Source of the DNA: Verrucomicrobiota bacterium
GTDB taxonomy: Bacteria; Verrucomicrobiota; Verrucomicrobiia; Limisphaerales; AAA164-E04
Reading direction: 5' to 3'
NCBI GenBank assembly: GCA_047947115.1
Contig: CP170459.1
Span: 5,376,001-5,440,000 of the forward strand
DNA length: 64,000 nucleotides
The position numbers and the translations under genes were made by a program. A model generated the notes under the pieces. It searched no databases. It saw only the letters and a list, made by a program, of their open reading frames with translations, and was not told the origin of the DNA. Positions 47,280-57,517 of this stretch are shown piece after piece. Each line of letters opens with the position of its first letter. Within the stretch, counting starts at the first letter, position 1.

Positions 47280-48512
47280 ATGAAGCCAATAAAATACCTT
47301 CCAATGGCGTTTCTTTTGATGGGGCTCAACACTGAAGCTCAAATCACCATCACCATCGACGACATGTTCATCGAACCGGGCGAGTATTACCGCGCATATT
47401 CCAATGAACCACCCAACTTTCTTGGCGAACCCAATTCTGTAGTGGTGGCCGGCCTGATGGGTGACGCTGGCGGGGGGAATTATTGGGATTTCAGTCAGGG
47501 TCCCACCGATGATGTTTATCGTTACGACTACCTGGCCCGTGAAACCAACATCGTTTGGCATGATTACCCCGAGGCTACGGTGGCGGAACGCGCCTACCGT
47601 GAGAGTGAACCCGGTGATTACTCCTGGTTACTATATGATCCAGTCCCAGGATTGGGACGTAAATTGTTTGGATTTTGGAAACTGGACAGCCAATACGTTA
47701 ATCCGTCCAATCCGTTTACCAATCCTGTTGTTGATTTTCCGGATGAAATCAACTTCGGCGACAGCTGGACCAACGACATAGAATATCGCAACAGTTACCC
47801 CACCGATTTCGGAGGGTTCGGAGGAGGCATCGGCGGGGGTGATTTGGGAGGTCTGGACGATGTACTGGGCGATCTGGGTGATGCACTGGGCGGACTAGAC
47901 GATCTTCTGGGAGGTGGTGGAGATTCAACCGGAGGAAGCAGCGAAGGCTTGCCCATGATCATCCGGCATGTCCAGTCTTTTGAAGTGGACGCATATGGAT
48001 TTATCGAACTCCCGGATGACCTGGGCATCTTCGAATGCCTTCGAGTCAACTCTCTACTGGAAGTCACCGCCTTGGTGGATATCGAAGGATCCGGATCCTT
48101 TTCCCCTCTCGGCACCCAGAACACACGCGTATATTACTGGCTGGTTCCGGGCAAAGGCATAGCAGCGCAAATGACCTCGCTTGCCAGCGCCGGACCAATC
48201 CCTGATCAATTCAACGAAGCATCCATCTTCCAGCGCATGTTTGAGACCAACAAGCAGCCCCGGAACGCCGGTTGTGCGGAGGCTGAACCGGTGAGCGGTC
48301 TGGACATTGTTTATCAATCCAACCTGGTACGCCTTAAATGGCAAGACGCCGCATGCGCCCAGAATTATCGAGTGCAGTACTCGCTCGGCGGGCTGGAAAC
48401 AGGGGACTGGAAAGATCTTACCAATGGTTCCTACACGGACACTTTCTTTATCGACACGCAGATAAAAGGGAATAATATAAAACTATACAGGGTGCTTTCA
48501 GAACGTAACTGA
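47280..48512 (+). CDS. Secreted hypothetical protein with Gly/Asp low-complexity insert and C-terminal beta-domain
   Basis: Signal peptide (AEA|Q-like), YWDFS, GGFGGGIGGGDLGGLDDVLGDLGDALGGLDDLLGGGG, C-terminal LKW...YRVQYS....W..L......D.......YRV. Confidence 0.8.
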   Translation: MKPIKYLPMAFLLMGLNTEAQITITIDDMFIEPGEYYRAYSNEPPNFLGEPNSVVVAGLMGDAGGGNYWDFSQGPTDDVYRYDYLARETNIVWHDYPEATVAERAYRESEPGDYSWLLYDPVPGLGRKLFGFWKLDSQYVNPSNPFTNPVVDFPDEINFGDSWTNDIEYRNSYPTDFGGFGGGIGGGDLGGLDDVLGDLGDALGGLDDLLGGGGDSTGGSSEGLPMIIRHVQSFEVDAYGFIELPDDLGIFECLRVNSLLEVTALVDIEGSGSFSPLGTQNTRVYYWLVPGKGIAAQMTSLASAGPIPDQFNEASIFQRMFETNKQPRNAGCAEAEPVSGLDIVYQSNLVRLKWQDAACAQNYRVQYSLGGLETGDWKDLTNGSYTDTFFIDTQIKGNNIKLYRVLSERN

Positions 48513-48571
48513 CGTTCACTCGAAGATGCCCGCAGAGTGTGCACAACGACTCGACAACATGATGAGGCCCT

Positions 48572-49450
48572 ATGAAAACGACTCACTCAAGGCAGCGCAC
48601 GCATCGCCACCCGGCTCATAGGGGTGGCCGTGGATTTACTCTGATTGAATTGCTGGTGGTGATTGCGGTGATCGCCATTCTGGCGGCACTGTTGCTCCCT
48701 GCACTGGCGGGAGCCAAATCCAAGGCACGAGAAATTGCCTGCGTCAGCAATCTCCGACAGATCGGATTGGGGCTCACATTATTTGTCCATGACAACGAGC
48801 ATTATCCCGTTTACAACTTCGATCCACGCGCCGGGATGAAGAACACCTACTGGGCGGACGCACTCGCCTCTTATACCGGGGCATATTGGACCAACAAGCT
48901 TTTCAAATGCCCGGATTACAAAGGATTCACCCTGTCGGGAAACGACGATTCCGTGCTCCTTGGCAGCTATGGATACAATTCCAACGGAACCAAATGGACC
49001 CCCAGTCGCCTTGGCCTGGGCGGAATGCTGGCAAAGGTGTTTATCGAGTTTGACATCGACGAACTGACCGGGGGCATGTTGACGGTCAAGGAATCGATGG
49101 TGAAGAATCCAAGCGACATGATTGCCCTGGGAGACGCGCATTTGATCTACGTCTGGCCGGATGAGATGCTGGCTTATGGGCCTGAATATGCCAAAGACAA
49201 TTACAGCGGCATGGGATTGCTCGATATCAACAGCCGTTACGGCGTTCAGCGCCCACTTTGGCCTGGCAGTGAAGGCATCATCGACGCCACTTCGAAACGC
49301 CACCGTAACAAATACAATATCTCCTTCGCCGATGGCCATGTCGAAACCATCCGTAGTGCGGAACTTTTTGAACAGTCCCCCGAAGCCCTCAAACGTTGGA
49401 ACAACGACAACGAACCTCATGCAGAGTACCTGCTGCACTTGGCTCAATGA
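48572..49450 (+). CDS. Prepilin-type N-terminal cleavage/methylation protein with H-X9-DG motif
   Basis: [50 protein letters not shown]. Confidence 0.92.
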   Translation: MKTTHSRQRTHRHPAHRGGRGFTLIELLVVIAVIAILAALLLPALAGAKSKAREIACVSNLRQIGLGLTLFVHDNEHYPVYNFDPRAGMKNTYWADALASYTGAYWTNKLFKCPDYKGFTLSGNDDSVLLGSYGYNSNGTKWTPSRLGLGGMLAKVFIEFDIDELTGGMLTVKESMVKNPSDMIALGDAHLIYVWPDEMLAYGPEYAKDNYSGMGLLDINSRYGVQRPLWPGSEGIIDATSKRHRNKYNISFADGHVETIRSAELFEQSPEALKRWNNDNEPHAEYLLHLAQ

Positions 49451-49529
49451 GCATCAGAGGTAGCAAGGCCGCCATTCTTTGCAATTATGACTTTTCAACC
49501 GGGAAGGGTTGTTTTTATGCTCGTGGTCT

Positions 49530-50819
49530 ATGGATTTGAACGAACAAATGCGGGATCTGGCAAAGCGCTCCAAAGCGGCTTCGCATCGTCTGACGCAATT
49601 GAATACCGATCAGAAAAACCGCTGCCTGCAAGCTATGGCCGCCGCGCTGCTCGAAAATCGACAAGCTATTCAGGAAGCCAATGCGAAGGATCTGGAGACC
49701 GCCAGGGAAATGAACCTGTCCAGCGCCATGGTGGATCGTTTGGTCTTGAATGATGCACGCATTGAAGGGATGGCACAGGGGCTGAGGGAAATCGCCGCAT
49801 TGCCAGACCCAGTCGGACGAGAGCTGGACCGGAAGGAACGGCCGAACGGCCTTGTGCTACGCAAAGTGGCCACCCCCATCGGAGTGATCGTCATCATTTA
49901 CGAATCCCGCCCCAACGTCACCGCGGACGCTGCGGGGCTTTGTTTCAAATCTGGAAACGCCACCATTCTCAGGGGTGGCAAGGAAGCGATCCACTCGAAT
50001 CAGATCATTGCCCGATTGATGGTGGAAGCAGCCACAAAATGTGATCCAAATTTCCCGCAGGAGGCCATCCAAGTGGTTCCCACCACCGACCGTGCCGCCG
50101 TCCCCGCGCTCCTTTCGCTGACCGACCTGGTGGATCTCTGTATGCCGCGCGGCGGCGAAGGATTGATCCGGGCCGTAGCCGACTGTTCAAAAGTGCCGGT
50201 TATCAAGCATTACAAAGGTGTGTGCCATGTTCATGTGGACAAGGAAGCGGATCTGGATATGGCCGTCCAAATCGCGGTCAACGCCAAGACCCACCGGCCC
50301 GGTGTCTGCAATGCCATGGAAACCTTGTTGGTCGACCGGGCTATTGCTCGGACCTATCTGCCTCTACTTGCTCCGGAATTGGCATCCAAAAAAGTCGCAA
50401 TCAAAGGAGACGAAACGGCGATCGACATACTCAACACCGTCGCAGCAAATCAATCATTGAAACTTTCCCTGGAACCGGCAACCGAAGAGGATTGGCATGC
50501 GGAATATCTGGATCTGATCCTGGCGATTCGGGTGGTGGACGATGTGAACGCCGCCATTGGGCACATCAACCAATACGGTTCGGGCCACTCAGACTGCATT
50601 GTCACCGCCAACCAGGCAACCGCACAACAATTCATGCGGGACGTGGATGCCTCCGCCGTTTACTGGAATGCCTCGACACGATTCACCGACGGAGGGGAAT
50701 TTGGCATGGGTGCAGAGATTGGCATCAGCACCGACAAGGTCGGCGCACGCGGTCCCATGGGATTGGAAGAATTGACCAGTTACAAGTGGCTGTGTTTCGG
50801 CACCGGACAAATCCGTTAG
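49530..50819 (+). CDS. proA: Gamma-glutamyl phosphate reductase
   Basis: PIGVI.IIYESRPNVT, KSGNA.ILRGGKEA, PRGGEGLI, CNAMETLLV, NASTRFTDGGEFGMGAEIGIST.K..ARGPMGL. Confidence 0.97.
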   Translation: MDLNEQMRDLAKRSKAASHRLTQLNTDQKNRCLQAMAAALLENRQAIQEANAKDLETAREMNLSSAMVDRLVLNDARIEGMAQGLREIAALPDPVGRELDRKERPNGLVLRKVATPIGVIVIIYESRPNVTADAAGLCFKSGNATILRGGKEAIHSNQIIARLMVEAATKCDPNFPQEAIQVVPTTDRAAVPALLSLTDLVDLCMPRGGEGLIRAVADCSKVPVIKHYKGVCHVHVDKEADLDMAVQIAVNAKTHRPGVCNAMETLLVDRAIARTYLPLLAPELASKKVAIKGDETAIDILNTVAANQSLKLSLEPATEEDWHAEYLDLILAIRVVDDVNAAIGHINQYGSGHSDCIVTANQATAQQFMRDVDASAVYWNASTRFTDGGEFGMGAEIGISTDKVGARGPMGLEELTSYKWLCFGTGQIR

Positions 50820-50839
50820 CACCCAACCCCATTCACCAT

Positions 50840-52186
50840 TTGAATTCCACCGACATTGAATCAGCGAAAAGCCGGGCGCAACAAGTTCGGAACGCTTTCC
50901 CGGAGAACGGATTGTTCGCGGGACAAACTTGGCGTATCAGTCCCGATCCATTTCCTTTGGATGGCAAGCTAGTCAAGCAGCTGGAAAAACTAGGGCGCGT
51001 GCTGCTGCAGTTTTACCGGGCCCTCAATCTTCTTTACCGGAAAAGTCACGAACAGGCTGCTCCAAGCTGGGTGGCCGAGTGGATGGATGCGGGCAAGCCC
51101 GAGAGATTGACTCAACTCGGACTCAGCCGAACATTCAAACAAGCTCACCCCAAAGTCATTCGTCCCGACATATTGTTGACCGATGATGGCTTTGTGATCA
51201 GCGAACTGGACAGCGTGCCCGGAGGGATTGGTTTAACCGGTTGGTTGAACCAAACCTATGCCGCACTGGCCGACGCTCCTGATTCAAATAGTTCAATTAT
51301 TGGAGGAGCGAAAGGCATGCTGGATGGATTCAACGGCATCTTTGGCAAGGACGCACCGGCGCGAATCGTCGTTTCCGATGAAGCCGATTCCTACCGCCCC
51401 GAAATGGAATGGTTGGCGGATCAAATCAAGGATCGTCCAATCAGTGTGCACGATGGGAATTTTGAAGATTTTAAGGACGGTGACTGGGTGTATCGCTTTT
51501 TCGAGCTGTTCGACCTGGCAAATGTTCCCAATTCAAAGATCATTTTTGAGCGCGCCATTGAAGACCGCCTCCATCTGACCCCTCCTCCGAAAACCACACT
51601 TGAGGAAAAAGCCTCTTTTGCGTTATTACACAACCACAATCTGGAATCATTCTGGCTGCAGCATCTGGGAGGCGGCTTCCTGAAGACCCTGCTCCGGCAT
51701 GTCCCCTATACCTGGATGGTGGATCCGACTCCCCTGCCCCCACAAGGCGCCATCCCCAAACTGGGCTTAACCAACTGGCATCAACTCAAGAACCTGTCCC
51801 AGAAAGATCGTCACCTCATCTTGAAAGTGTCCGGGTTCTCTGAACAAGCCTGGGGAGCAAGGGGGGTATTTCTGGGCAGCGACCTGTCGAGCCAGGACTG
51901 GGGACAGGTCGTGGACACAGCCATCCGCAGTTTTGGCAGACAGAATTATATCCTGCAGGATTACCATAAACCCCGCACCGTCGATGCATCCTACTTCGAT
52001 TTCGACAACGACAAATTGGTCCTCATGAAAGGGCGTGTACGTCTGTGCCCTTACTACTTTGTTCAAGGCGAAGGGGATCAAGCGCGGGCTCAACTCGGAG
52101 GAGTGATGGCAACCATTTGTCCCGCAGACAAGAAAATCATCCACGGCATGTCCGAAGCTATTATTGCTCCCTGCTGCATTGCCTGA
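50840..52186 (+). CDS. Hypothetical protein, probable circularly permuted ATP-grasp/glutathionylspermidine-synthase-like ligase
   Basis: VIRPDILL....ISELDSVPGGIG, YRFFELFD, LEEK, LILKVSG....WGARGV..G, YILQ, RLCPYY. Start set at TTG 50840; the longer ORF-track start overlaps proA. Confidence 0.6.
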   Translation: MNSTDIESAKSRAQQVRNAFPENGLFAGQTWRISPDPFPLDGKLVKQLEKLGRVLLQFYRALNLLYRKSHEQAAPSWVAEWMDAGKPERLTQLGLSRTFKQAHPKVIRPDILLTDDGFVISELDSVPGGIGLTGWLNQTYAALADAPDSNSSIIGGAKGMLDGFNGIFGKDAPARIVVSDEADSYRPEMEWLADQIKDRPISVHDGNFEDFKDGDWVYRFFELFDLANVPNSKIIFERAIEDRLHLTPPPKTTLEEKASFALLHNHNLESFWLQHLGGGFLKTLLRHVPYTWMVDPTPLPPQGAIPKLGLTNWHQLKNLSQKDRHLILKVSGFSEQAWGARGVFLGSDLSSQDWGQVVDTAIRSFGRQNYILQDYHKPRTVDASYFDFDNDKLVLMKGRVRLCPYYFVQGEGDQARAQLGGVMATICPADKKIIHGMSEAIIAPCCIA

Positions 52187-52187
52187 T

Positions 52188-52940
52188 CTACCGTCGCCCG
52201 TCGTACCACATGAACCAGAATCCACGCCTCTTGCGGACAAAAGGGTAAAGGAAAATGGAAAAGAACAGGGTCTTGAGAAGTTCAGTCTTGGAGTAGAGAT
52301 TTATTTTTCTGGCGGAAGTTTTCAAAGGATGCCGGGTGAGAATACGAAACGTCAATTGGCGGCTTCTCCCCCAGCGTTTCAGTTTCTGACTCAGAACCAG
52401 TTCTTCGCCGGTATAGCAATCCAAAGGGAACCCTCCAACTGCCTTGAAGGCATCAGCCCTTGCGTAAACGAAGGAACCGGCCGCCCATTTCATCAGTTGG
52501 CTGGTCCGATTCCACATGCGCAGCCAAAGCATCCAGAACCAGTGCAATTCGGCATCCATGGTCATAATGGCACCACCTCCGACGATCCGCCCTGAATCCA
52601 TGGCATCGCACATTTCCTCAAGGAGACCGCCGAGGGGAACTGAATCCGCATCGATGAACACAAACCAATCACCAACAGCGATCGAAGCCCCTGTGTTGCG
52701 GGCGCGGGAAATCTGGTTCACTTTTTCAAACACCACCCGCGCACCGTGTTGTTCGGCGATTCGGGCGGTGTCATCCGTGGAGTTGTTGTCGCAGACGACA
52801 ATCTCCCAAGCCACGTTCCTGACCGTCAATACGTCAGCTGCACAGCGAATCCCTGCCAATGTTTCCGGCAGTAATTTGGCTTCGTTGAAGGCTGGAATGA
52901 TAAAACTGATCAATGGTTTGCTCACAATCTGATGCAACAC
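52188..52940 (-). CDS. Glycosyltransferase family 2
   Basis: ISFIIPAFNE, VCDNNSTDDT, ARNTGA, FIDADS, TSARK. Confidence 0.9.
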   Translation of the reverse strand: MLHQIVSKPLISFIIPAFNEAKLLPETLAGIRCAADVLTVRNVAWEIVVCDNNSTDDTARIAEQHGARVVFEKVNQISRARNTGASIAVGDWFVFIDADSVPLGGLLEEMCDAMDSGRIVGGGAIMTMDAELHWFWMLWLRMWNRTSQLMKWAAGSFVYARADAFKAVGGFPLDCYTGEELVLSQKLKRWGRSRQLTFRILTRHPLKTSARKINLYSKTELLKTLFFSIFLYPFVRKRRGFWFMWYDGRR

Positions 52941-52946
52941 AACCTA

Positions 52947-53837
52947 TCAGTGCCTCACGGGCAGTTCCAAATCAACTGCCAATGACGAAAACTGTGGATG
53001 CCGCAATAAACGGTCCCAGGTTTCTGCTGTCAAAAAGGATCTGGTATGAGGGACTTGTCGTATGGGTTCACCGTTCGTGGAATTCCTGATCTTTTTCAAC
53101 CACTGCTCCTCCAGTAATGGCCCCACCAGGCCTGGATCGGTCGCGGCCACGGTCGTTTCCTCCTTTTCACCCACCTCTCCTCCCCGCCCCACATAAAAGC
53201 CCGCCAGGAGAAGGCCGACGCGTACACTGGTGCTGCGGGAGTAGGTGGCCAGGGTGGCCGGAGTGGTCAGGGCTTCACGCAGTCGATTGAAAGCAGGAAG
53301 GGACCATAACTCGGGGTTTTTGGCCGGGGAGTATGGATCATACATGATGGCGTCAGCCGACCGAAGCTTCCCGGATAAGGGGCCGTAACCATCACGCAAA
53401 TCGCACATGTGCAGATGCCAGTCCAACTCAAGTTGACCGGACTTGAAAGTTACTCGTTGTGCCTTGATCAGTTGATCGAGAAACGATTCAAAACCATGGA
53501 GGTAATCAAGCTTGGCGGCATGATGCAGGGCAAATTCAAGAGGCTTCAGACACCTTTCGAAACTATGCAGTTCCACGCGGGCATTCAGGTCCTGATGATC
53601 CCGTATCAGATTCAACGCATTTCCCGCCCCGCCCAAACCGACGTCCCACACACATAAGGATTCCGTGGCATTCAACAATCGTTGACGAAGGTGCATCGGA
53701 CGAAAATACACACACCGAGCCTCCTCTTGCGCTCCGACCTGAGGATGAAACGTCTCCTGATGCACTTCGGAACGAACTGAAAAACGGCCGTCCGAAAGTG
53801 GCACCAACGAAAAATCAGATGAAAGTTTATGATTCAA
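52947..53837 (-). CDS. MnmC/MnmD-like SAM-dependent methyltransferase (stand-alone domain)
   Basis: ETFHP..GA..EA..VY, DVGLGGAGN, YDPYSPAKNPELW, ATYS....VR..LL.AGF. Confidence 0.75.
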   Translation of the reverse strand: MNHKLSSDFSLVPLSDGRFSVRSEVHQETFHPQVGAQEEARCVYFRPMHLRQRLLNATESLCVWDVGLGGAGNALNLIRDHQDLNARVELHSFERCLKPLEFALHHAAKLDYLHGFESFLDQLIKAQRVTFKSGQLELDWHLHMCDLRDGYGPLSGKLRSADAIMYDPYSPAKNPELWSLPAFNRLREALTTPATLATYSRSTSVRVGLLLAGFYVGRGGEVGEKEETTVAATDPGLVGPLLEEQWLKKIRNSTNGEPIRQVPHTRSFLTAETWDRLLRHPQFSSLAVDLELPVRH

Positions 53838-53937
53838 TAGGTGTGGATGATGCGAGTTCCTGCGAGCTATTCAATGAAAATTCCCCGAGGGAACATCCTT
53901 GCGAACCTTGGGGCAACCATCATAGAGTCACGGGCAC

Positions 53938-54831
53938 ATGCAGTTCATCAAGGACATACACCAAAGCAAATCAGACCTGGGAAAGCCAGCCATATCCTTT
54001 GAGTTCTTTCCGCCAAAAACGGAAAAAGGGGAGTCCTCTTTGTTTTCAAAAACCATACCGGAACTCCTTGCCATTCAGCCAGATTACTGTTCGGTAACTT
54101 ATGGTGCGGGCGGCGGAACCAAAGGCAAGACGCTTGAAATTGTATCTCGCATACAACAGGAGTTTCGCCTGACCTGTATGAGCCATTTGACCTGTGTCGG
54201 TGCCACAGAAGCAGAGATCAGACAGGTGCTGGATGAGGCATCCGAATTGGGCATCCGGAATATTCTGGCACTCAGGGGGGATCCCCCGGGTGGAACCGGT
54301 GATTTTGTGCCTACTGAGGGAGGTTTCACTTACTCAAAGGATCTGGTATCGTTTATCCGTTCGAATTACGACTTTTCGATCGGTGTGGCGGGATTTCCGG
54401 AAGGCCACATTGCATGCAAGGAAGGTCGGGAAGTGGACTGGGAACGGTTGAAAGGCAAGGTCGATGCCGGAGCCGACTTTGTCATGACCCAACTCTTTTT
54501 CAGCAACGAAGACTTTTTAAGATTCAGAGATCATATGGTGAAGCAACTGGGAATGACGCAGACTATCATTCCGGGCATCTTGCCAGTCCTCTCCACCAAC
54601 CAGATAAAACGATTCACCGAACTGTGCGGCGCATCGATTCCAGACAAAATGATGGAAAAACTGAACATGTTGGAAAATGACGACACGGCTGCCACCGAGT
54701 TCGGCATCGAATTTGCCGTTGAACAATGCGAAGAATTGTTGAAGGAAGGCGTGAAAGGATTGCATTTCTACTGCCTCAATAAATCTTATTCGACGGTAAA
54801 GGTGGTTGAAGGCCTGAGCTCATTCCGCTGA
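53938..54831 (+). CDS. metF: 5,10-methylenetetrahydrofolate reductase
   Basis: SFEFFPPK, SVTYGAGG, HLTCVG, ILALRGDPP, VAGFPEGH, GADFVMTQLFF, GLHFYCLN. Confidence 0.97.
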   Translation: MQFIKDIHQSKSDLGKPAISFEFFPPKTEKGESSLFSKTIPELLAIQPDYCSVTYGAGGGTKGKTLEIVSRIQQEFRLTCMSHLTCVGATEAEIRQVLDEASELGIRNILALRGDPPGGTGDFVPTEGGFTYSKDLVSFIRSNYDFSIGVAGFPEGHIACKEGREVDWERLKGKVDAGADFVMTQLFFSNEDFLRFRDHMVKQLGMTQTIIPGILPVLSTNQIKRFTELCGASIPDKMMEKLNMLENDDTAATEFGIEFAVEQCEELLKEGVKGLHFYCLNKSYSTVKVVEGLSSFR

Positions 54832-54871
54832 TCACGGTTTACATCAAGAGTTTTCAGGGCACATTCACACC

Positions 54872-55774
54872 ATGAAAATCTTGGTGACAGGAATCACCGG
54901 CCTCATCGGATCGGCACTAGGCGAGCATCTCAAAAAGAAGGGGCATGATGTCGTGGGACTGGTTAGAAACAAGTCCCGGGCCGACCAAAGCACATGCTTC
55001 CACTGGGATCCGCTCAGCGAGTTTCTGGATCCTGAAGCACTCAGTCAAGTCGACGGAATCATTCACCTGGCAGGAGAAAACATTGCCAAAGGAAGGTGGA
55101 CACAACATCGCAAAGACCTGCTTGTCCGCAGCAGAGTGGAATCCACCCGCCTCCTGGCCGGCAGGATTCAGTCGATGGATCACCCGCCGAAATTCATGAT
55201 AAACGCCTCCGCTGTGGGCATCTACGGCTCATGTGGAGATCAGGTCGTCGATGAAAAGACGCCACCTGCAACGGATTTCCTGGGGCAACTGGGCGTCGCA
55301 TGGGAGCAGGCCCTTTTTGACCTTGATCCGAAGAAGACCCGAACCATTGCCCTGCGCTTTGGGTTGGTTCTCTCCACACATGGAGGGGCGCTCCAAGCCA
55401 TGCTCCCCTCTTTCAAGTGGGGCGCGGGTGCCGTATTGGGCTCAGGTCGACAATTTGTTCCCTGGATCACTCTCGACGACACATTGCGCGCTATCAGCCA
55501 CTGTATGGACAGGCCGGATGTAAAGGGTCCAGTCAACTGCGTCACCCCTGCCCCAGTCCAATTCCAGACATTTGCCAAAACCCTTGGGCGAGTGCTGCGT
55601 CGCCCCGTTTGGATGCGCATTCCACCGATATTGGTAAGGACGATTTTTGGCGAAATGGGCACAGCCACCCTGCTTTCCAGTTGCCGAGCCCATCCGAAAA
55701 AATTACTGGATACCGGGTTCGAATTTCATCATCCCGATTTGACAGAAGCATTTCAGGATCTTTTGAAGCATTGA
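54872..55774 (+). CDS. TIGR01777/YfcH-like NAD-dependent epimerase
   Basis: VTGITGLIG, HLAGENI...RW, SRVEST, ASAVGIYG, GSGRQ..PWI, GPVN, P.KL...GF.F. Confidence 0.9.
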   Translation: MKILVTGITGLIGSALGEHLKKKGHDVVGLVRNKSRADQSTCFHWDPLSEFLDPEALSQVDGIIHLAGENIAKGRWTQHRKDLLVRSRVESTRLLAGRIQSMDHPPKFMINASAVGIYGSCGDQVVDEKTPPATDFLGQLGVAWEQALFDLDPKKTRTIALRFGLVLSTHGGALQAMLPSFKWGAGAVLGSGRQFVPWITLDDTLRAISHCMDRPDVKGPVNCVTPAPVQFQTFAKTLGRVLRRPVWMRIPPILVRTIFGEMGTATLLSSCRAHPKKLLDTGFEFHHPDLTEAFQDLLKH

Positions 55775-55820
55775 AAGGATTTGACTGGTCTCGGTCTTTG
55801 AGTGACCCGAAACTGCACGC

Positions 55821-55846
55821 AAAAAGCGCCCCGGAATACGGGGCGC
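55821..55846 (-). terminator. Intrinsic terminator of the minus-strand prepilin-like gene
   Basis: GCGCCCCG/CGGGGCGC 8-bp stem (55826-55846) followed on the minus strand by T5. Confidence 0.75.
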
Positions 55847-55878
55847 GTGCAAATGAAAGATGGATCAAAAGTCCGGGA

Positions 55879-56652
55879 TCAACGTCCGCGGAAATCTTCG
55901 TCACCAGGAGCAGCGATCTGAACTTCGCTCAGCTGGGTGTCACGGATACCAACGCGGAGTTTGGAATCGGTGAAGCCCTGGACACTGCCGTCACCAAGAA
56001 CCGTGTTACCGGAGGTATCATGGATGTTCTTGTCATATCCAGGTTCTGGAGTAGGCAAGGGTGGCGGATCGTTGCGACGAGCACGCATGCGGAAACGGAA
56101 AACAATCCCGCTGCTGATATCCGTGCGGTCCGAGTTGGTGATGTTACGATCACCGGACAGCAAGCTCTGCGGCAAGGTTTCGTCAGCTTCGAACCCAACA
56201 AAATAGCTGATATTTTGGTTGGAGTTGAATGCCACCTGAACATTGTCACGCGAACTACGAATGCGGTTGGTGTTCCAGGTACTCGACTCTACGCGTCCCA
56301 AACCGTCACTCGGGCAGAGAACGATTTTGGGAGTCTGAAGTTCGTTGGAAAGCGACAAGAAGTGCCTCCAAACGAGCCCGGCACCGGATCGTAAGTCCGC
56401 TGCACTGGATGAACCACCTTGATCATCCGGCACTGCCATGGGATAAAGATCCCCGTTATCCGTTGCAAAGATGCGGAAGGCCAACCCGACATTCTTCAGG
56501 TTGCTCACACACTTGATTTTCTGTGCCTTGGCCTTGGCTTTTGCCAATGCCGGCAACAGCATGCCCGCCAGAATGGCGATAATTGCAATCACGACCAGCA
56601 GCTCGATGAGCGTGAATGCACCTAGTTTCGTTTTTTTCAAACGTTGGTTCAT
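55879..56652 (-). CDS. Prepilin-type N-terminal cleavage/methylation protein with H-X9-DG motif
   Basis: [57 protein letters not shown]. Start moved to ATG 56652. Confidence 0.92.
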   Translation of the reverse strand: MNQRLKKTKLGAFTLIELLVVIAIIAILAGMLLPALAKAKAKAQKIKCVSNLKNVGLAFRIFATDNGDLYPMAVPDDQGGSSSAADLRSGAGLVWRHFLSLSNELQTPKIVLCPSDGLGRVESSTWNTNRIRSSRDNVQVAFNSNQNISYFVGFEADETLPQSLLSGDRNITNSDRTDISSGIVFRFRMRARRNDPPPLPTPEPGYDKNIHDTSGNTVLGDGSVQGFTDSKLRVGIRDTQLSEVQIAAPGDEDFRGR

Positions 56653-56798
56653 ACTATTATCTGTATTGATATTGTATTGTTTGATTGGGTTGCTCGTGGA
56701 AAGCATGCCCGATGGGCGCATGAGCATCAATTGGGAGTAATCCCATTTACGGGCGGGCGTTACCCCTAGGGAGGTCATTCAATGATCAATCCCAAGTT

Positions 56799-57512
56799 TC
56801 AGTTCTTAGGAAACTCTTCCGCCCCAGTCTCTGCCATCCACAATACGGCAAACCGAACCAGTTCGGCCCTTGATTTGACGTCCAATTTCTGGCGAATGCT
56901 GGTTCGGTGGGCTTCCACGGTTTTGACACTCATGTTCAACTCAGCGGCGATGTCGCGGCTTTCATAGGCTTTCCCGACAAGCGCAAGCACTTCCAGTTCA
57001 CGATCCGTTAACCGGTCCACAGGCGAAGAGGTGGTTTCATTCTGTCGGCCGGTCATTTTGTCCAGAAAACTGTTGGCAACCGTGTCACTGACGAAAACCC
57101 GCCCTTCCAGAATGGTCTGAATTGCCTCCAACAGTCGTCCGGAACCTTCGGATTTCATGACATATCCACGGGCCCCAGCACGTAATACTCGTTCAGCGTA
57201 AAAGGCTTCCTCATGCATTGAAAACACCAGCACATCGATATCCGGCATGACACGGCGCAGGTCTTTGATCAATTCCAGACCGCTTCTCCCCTTGAGGGTC
57301 AAATCCACCAGCAACATGTCCGGTTTCTGCTTTTGTACTTTTTCCAGAGTGTCTTCAGCATTGTCAGATTCCCCCACCACTTGCAGGGCTTCTTCCGAGT
57401 CGATCAATTCCCTGAGGCCAAATCGCGTCATGGGATGGTCGTCCACAATAAACAGGGAAGCGCGGTGTGTTTTGGTTCGAGAGGCCAAGTTTTTCTGACT
57501 TTGAGGGCTCAT
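56799..57512 (-). CDS. NarL/LuxR-family response regulator
   Basis: IVDDHP, LVDLTL, SMH, GARGYVMK, LTDRELEVL...IAAELNMSVKTVEAHR. Confidence 0.95.
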   Translation of the reverse strand: MSPQSQKNLASRTKTHRASLFIVDDHPMTRFGLRELIDSEEALQVVGESDNAEDTLEKVQKQKPDMLLVDLTLKGRSGLELIKDLRRVMPDIDVLVFSMHEEAFYAERVLRAGARGYVMKSEGSGRLLEAIQTILEGRVFVSDTVANSFLDKMTGRQNETTSSPVDRLTDRELEVLALVGKAYESRDIAAELNMSVKTVEAHRTSIRQKLDVKSRAELVRFAVLWMAETGAEEFPKN

Positions 57513-57517
57513 GATAC

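Noticed and set aside
53838..53937. SAM riboswitch before metF (and TPP riboswitch before thiE)
   Set aside because: No recognisable conserved cores; the thiE gap is only about 50 bp.
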